A stretch of DNA of 64,000 nucleotides from Bacteroidota bacterium. Lineage in GTDB: Bacteria > Bacteroidota > Bacteroidia > Flavobacteriales > Flavobacteriaceae. The stretch lies in NCBI GenBank assembly GCA_027619415.1, contig JAQCFO010000003.1:45596-109595 (forward strand), written 5' to 3'. Made by a program: the position numbers and the translations under genes. Positions 61,786-64,000 of the stretch are shown one piece after another (the first letter of the stretch is position 1; every line of letters starts with the position of its first letter). Under the pieces are notes generated by a model. It did not search any database and was not told the origin of the DNA. It saw nothing but the letters and a program-made list of their open reading frames with translations.

Positions 61786-64000
61786 CTACTTAACATCTAC
61801 AACATCTATTTGAGGTTTAAAATACACTATCAAAGTCTTTTCTATCGTATAGCCCATTTTTCGTAAAACATCTGAATAATCTAATGCTTGTTTAAAGTCT
61901 TTTGCTCTTTTGTTTCCTGTTTTATAGTCTACGATTGTGCAGTTTTTTATTCCTTTTATTACTATTCTGTCAGGTCTAATTATCTTGTTTTCATTAACAA
62001 AAATTTCTTTTTCACAAATTACAGTGTTTTTTGCGTCAAACAACTGTTTTAAATCTGGATGGATTAAAAGCTGCTCAACCAGCCTGATAATTTCCTCTTT
62101 ATTTATTCCTTTAATGTTTTTAGACTTTCTGAAATCTGCAATTTCCCTTTCTAATTGATACGAATATTGAATTTTAGACATTATTTCATGAAAAGTTTTT
62201 CCAAATAAAATGTGCTCATCCTGAAACTCTCTTTTCCCTTTTGACTTGTAAGCTTGTTTCTGGTATTTAACGCTTGTCTTTTCTTCAAAAAGAGGGGTTT
62301 TAGGTTGCTTATTGCTTTCTTTTCCCCAAAAATAAACTAGCTTATCCTCTTCCCAGAATCTTTCGCTCTCCAAAAAAGATCTAAACATCTCATTGTGTGA
62401 GTTGATAGACTTTTTTTTGGGGTATTTTGAAATTATATGAAGCTCTTCAACTGCTCTAGTTAAGGCGACGTACAGAATGTTTGTGTTGTCTAATTCTTGT
62501 TGATCCCTTCGTTCATTAAAAATCTTTTTTCCGCTCTCTCCGTAGGCTTGAATTGCTTTTGTAAAAGGGATTAATAATTCAATACTGTTTTTCTTGTCGC
62601 TAACAGGCAGCCATGTCTTTTCAGAAAACGATCTAAAAGTAGCAGAATCTGCAAAAGGATAAATTACAACTGGGAACTCTAGTCCTTTGGCTTTATGAAT
62701 TGTCAATATGGTTACAGCTTCTTGATTTCCGCCCATTACAATGCTCCTTTTATCTTTGTTCTTCTCCCAATAGTCTAAGAACTCCGTTTCGTCTATTCCA
62801 TTTTTTAGAACGAACTCAAAAAGCTCTTCTTTTAAAAAATGAATAAACCCGTCATTTTTTTCGTCTAAATTCAGAGACAAGACTGCAATTTCTATTGCTT
62901 TTATAAAAGGTATTTTTAAAAAATCTTGAAATGACATGATTCCTAGTTTTTTAAAAATATTCTCTGGAGATTCTTTAATCAATTGTTCGAAATACAAGCA
63001 CTCGTCCTTTGGATTTTCTTTTTGTATTAAAAAATTAATAATTGTTTTTCTAGAAAATTGGTTTGATGGATCAGTCCTAAATCTAATTAACTCAATTAAA
63101 AATTTAACTTTGTTTGAACTGTTTAAAAGCAGTGTTTCTGACGAAATAACTGGTATTTTTTTTGAAATTAAATAGCTGGCTAAAGCTGCTGCCTGCTTTT
63201 TTGTTCTAACTAAAATTCCAAAATCTAAATAAGAATATCCCCTGCTTTTACAGGATTTTATTTTTTGAAAAGTTTTTTCTAAATACTCTTCGTCGTTTTT
63301 ATTTTTTAAAAACTCTAAAGAAACGTGCCCCTCTTTAGTTTTGCTAATTTCTTGTTTAGTGCCTGCTTGATAAATCTGCTTGTTTACAGGGTTTTCCATT
63401 ATCTGCGAAAGATGTTGAAAAAAACTATTATTAAATTCTATAATTTCTTTATTGCTTCTGTAATTTTTTGGAAGCATTTTGTTTGATTTGAGGACACTAA
63501 AAGGATTTGCTTTAAGAATAAGAGAAATAAAGATGTCTGGATTTGCAGCCCTCCAACGATATACTGACTGCTTGGGGTCTCCAACCAGAAGCAACGATCC
63601 TTTTTTGCCTGAAATGTCTTCTGACTCTAAGGCGTGTGATATAAGGGGGATTAAATTACTCCACTGTAACAAGGACGTGTCTTGAAACTCGTCAATCATA
63701 TAGTCTTTGAACTTTGTGCCTATCTTTTCGTAGATATACGGCGCAGGATGATCTTTTATTTCTTCGCTTATTCTTTGATTAAATTCTGACAATAGCAGCT
63801 CGCCTTTTTCTTTTTGTATTTCTTTTGAGTTCTTTTTAATTAGGCTCAAAACAGCTGCAGGAATAATAGCAAGGCTAAATGATTTTAAAACCATTTTTTC
63901 CAACAATAACTCTTTTGTTTTAACAAACAATTCATTCAGGCTTTTAATTAATTGTCCTCCTAATTCCGGAGAATCTTTAAGGCTTTTTTTAGTTATTATT
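61786..64000 (-). CDS. UvrD-type helicase / PD-(D/E)XK nuclease (AddA/RexA-like), 5' end outside the window
   Basis: IDEFQDTS (helicase motif III), VGDPKQSVYRWR, TIHKAKGLEF, and C-terminal IVDYKTG nuclease motif. My translation shows the frame stays open from 63930 to the window edge, so the track's TTG start is not the real start. Confidence 0.85.
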   Translation of the reverse strand, partial: IITKKSLKDSPELGGQLIKSLNELFVKTKELLLEKMVLKSFSLAIIPAAVLSLIKKNSKEIQKEKGELLLSEFNQRISEEIKDHPAPYIYEKIGTKFKDYMIDEFQDTSLLQWSNLIPLISHALESEDISGKKGSLLLVGDPKQSVYRWRAANPDIFISLILKANPFSVLKSNKMLPKNYRSNKEIIEFNNSFFQHLSQIMENPVNKQIYQAGTKQEISKTKEGHVSLEFLKNKNDEEYLEKTFQKIKSCKSRGYSYLDFGILVRTKKQAAALASYLISKKIPVISSETLLLNSSNKVKFLIELIRFRTDPSNQFSRKTIINFLIQKENPKDECLYFEQLIKESPENIFKKLGIMSFQDFLKIPFIKAIEIAVLSLNLDEKNDGFIHFLKEELFEFVLKNGIDETEFLDYWEKNKDKRSIVMGGNQEAVTILTIHKAKGLEFPVVIYPFADSATFRSFSEKTWLPVSDKKNSIELLIPFTKAIQAYGESGKKIFNERRDQQELDNTNILYVALTRAVEELHIISKYPKKKSINSHNEMFRSFLESERFWEEDKLVYFWGKESNKQPKTPLFEEKTSVKYQKQAYKSKGKREFQDEHILFGKTFHEIMSKIQYSYQLEREIADFRKSKNIKGINKEEIIRLVEQLLIHPDLKQLFDAKNTVICEKEIFVNENKIIRPDRIVIKGIKNCTIVDYKTGNKRAKDFKQALDYSDVLRKMGYTIEKTLIVYFKPQIDVVDVK

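Overview
AT-rich segment (about one-third G+C by eye, not computed) that looks like the chromosome of a Bacteroidota/Flavobacteriia-type organism. Supporting features: GldH, a PSP1 protein, a SPOR protein, an OmpA with thrombospondin type-3 repeats, Tat-signal Gfo/Idh/MocA enzymes and TAnnTTTG -7 boxes. Most of the window is housekeeping: glmS preceded by a coupled GNAT gene, trpS, plsC, recA, trhO, PSP1-gldH-PBP1A, a menaquinone block (ubiE-menF-menD-menB-menA-menC-menE), an AddAB-like helicase/nuclease pair interrupted by ompA, several M28/S9/M24 peptidases, alpha/beta hydrolases, DinB and YceI proteins, and an MFS/Gfo-Idh-MocA/TIM-barrel sugar module. There is one tRNA (anticodon CAT, probably the lysidine tRNA-Ile2). 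I saw no rRNA, CRISPR array, transposase or integrase. The stand-out region is about 35.1-41.6 kb, just right of the tRNA. It holds a run of small gene modules, each closed by the same 45-65 nt direct repeat. Substitutions between repeat copies fall only on third codon positions of a short frame that ends at a shared TAG. The region also holds two unannotated tandem micro-ORFs encoding CDGSH-like Cys3His knuckles, an HxlR-YceI pair with palindromic operators, and decayed gene relics. Elsewhere: a methyltransferase/ATP-grasp fusion gene preceded by a 60-nt relic of a gene 3 kb away, three small secreted-protein genes broken by 1-nt shifts (two at A/T runs, one in a T-rich stretch), a G9 tract in a hydrolase active-site motif, and tetranucleotide repeats in the AddB-like gene. 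All functional calls come from motif recognition by eye, with no database search. Many ORFs in the supplied track are antisense shadows and are not reported.
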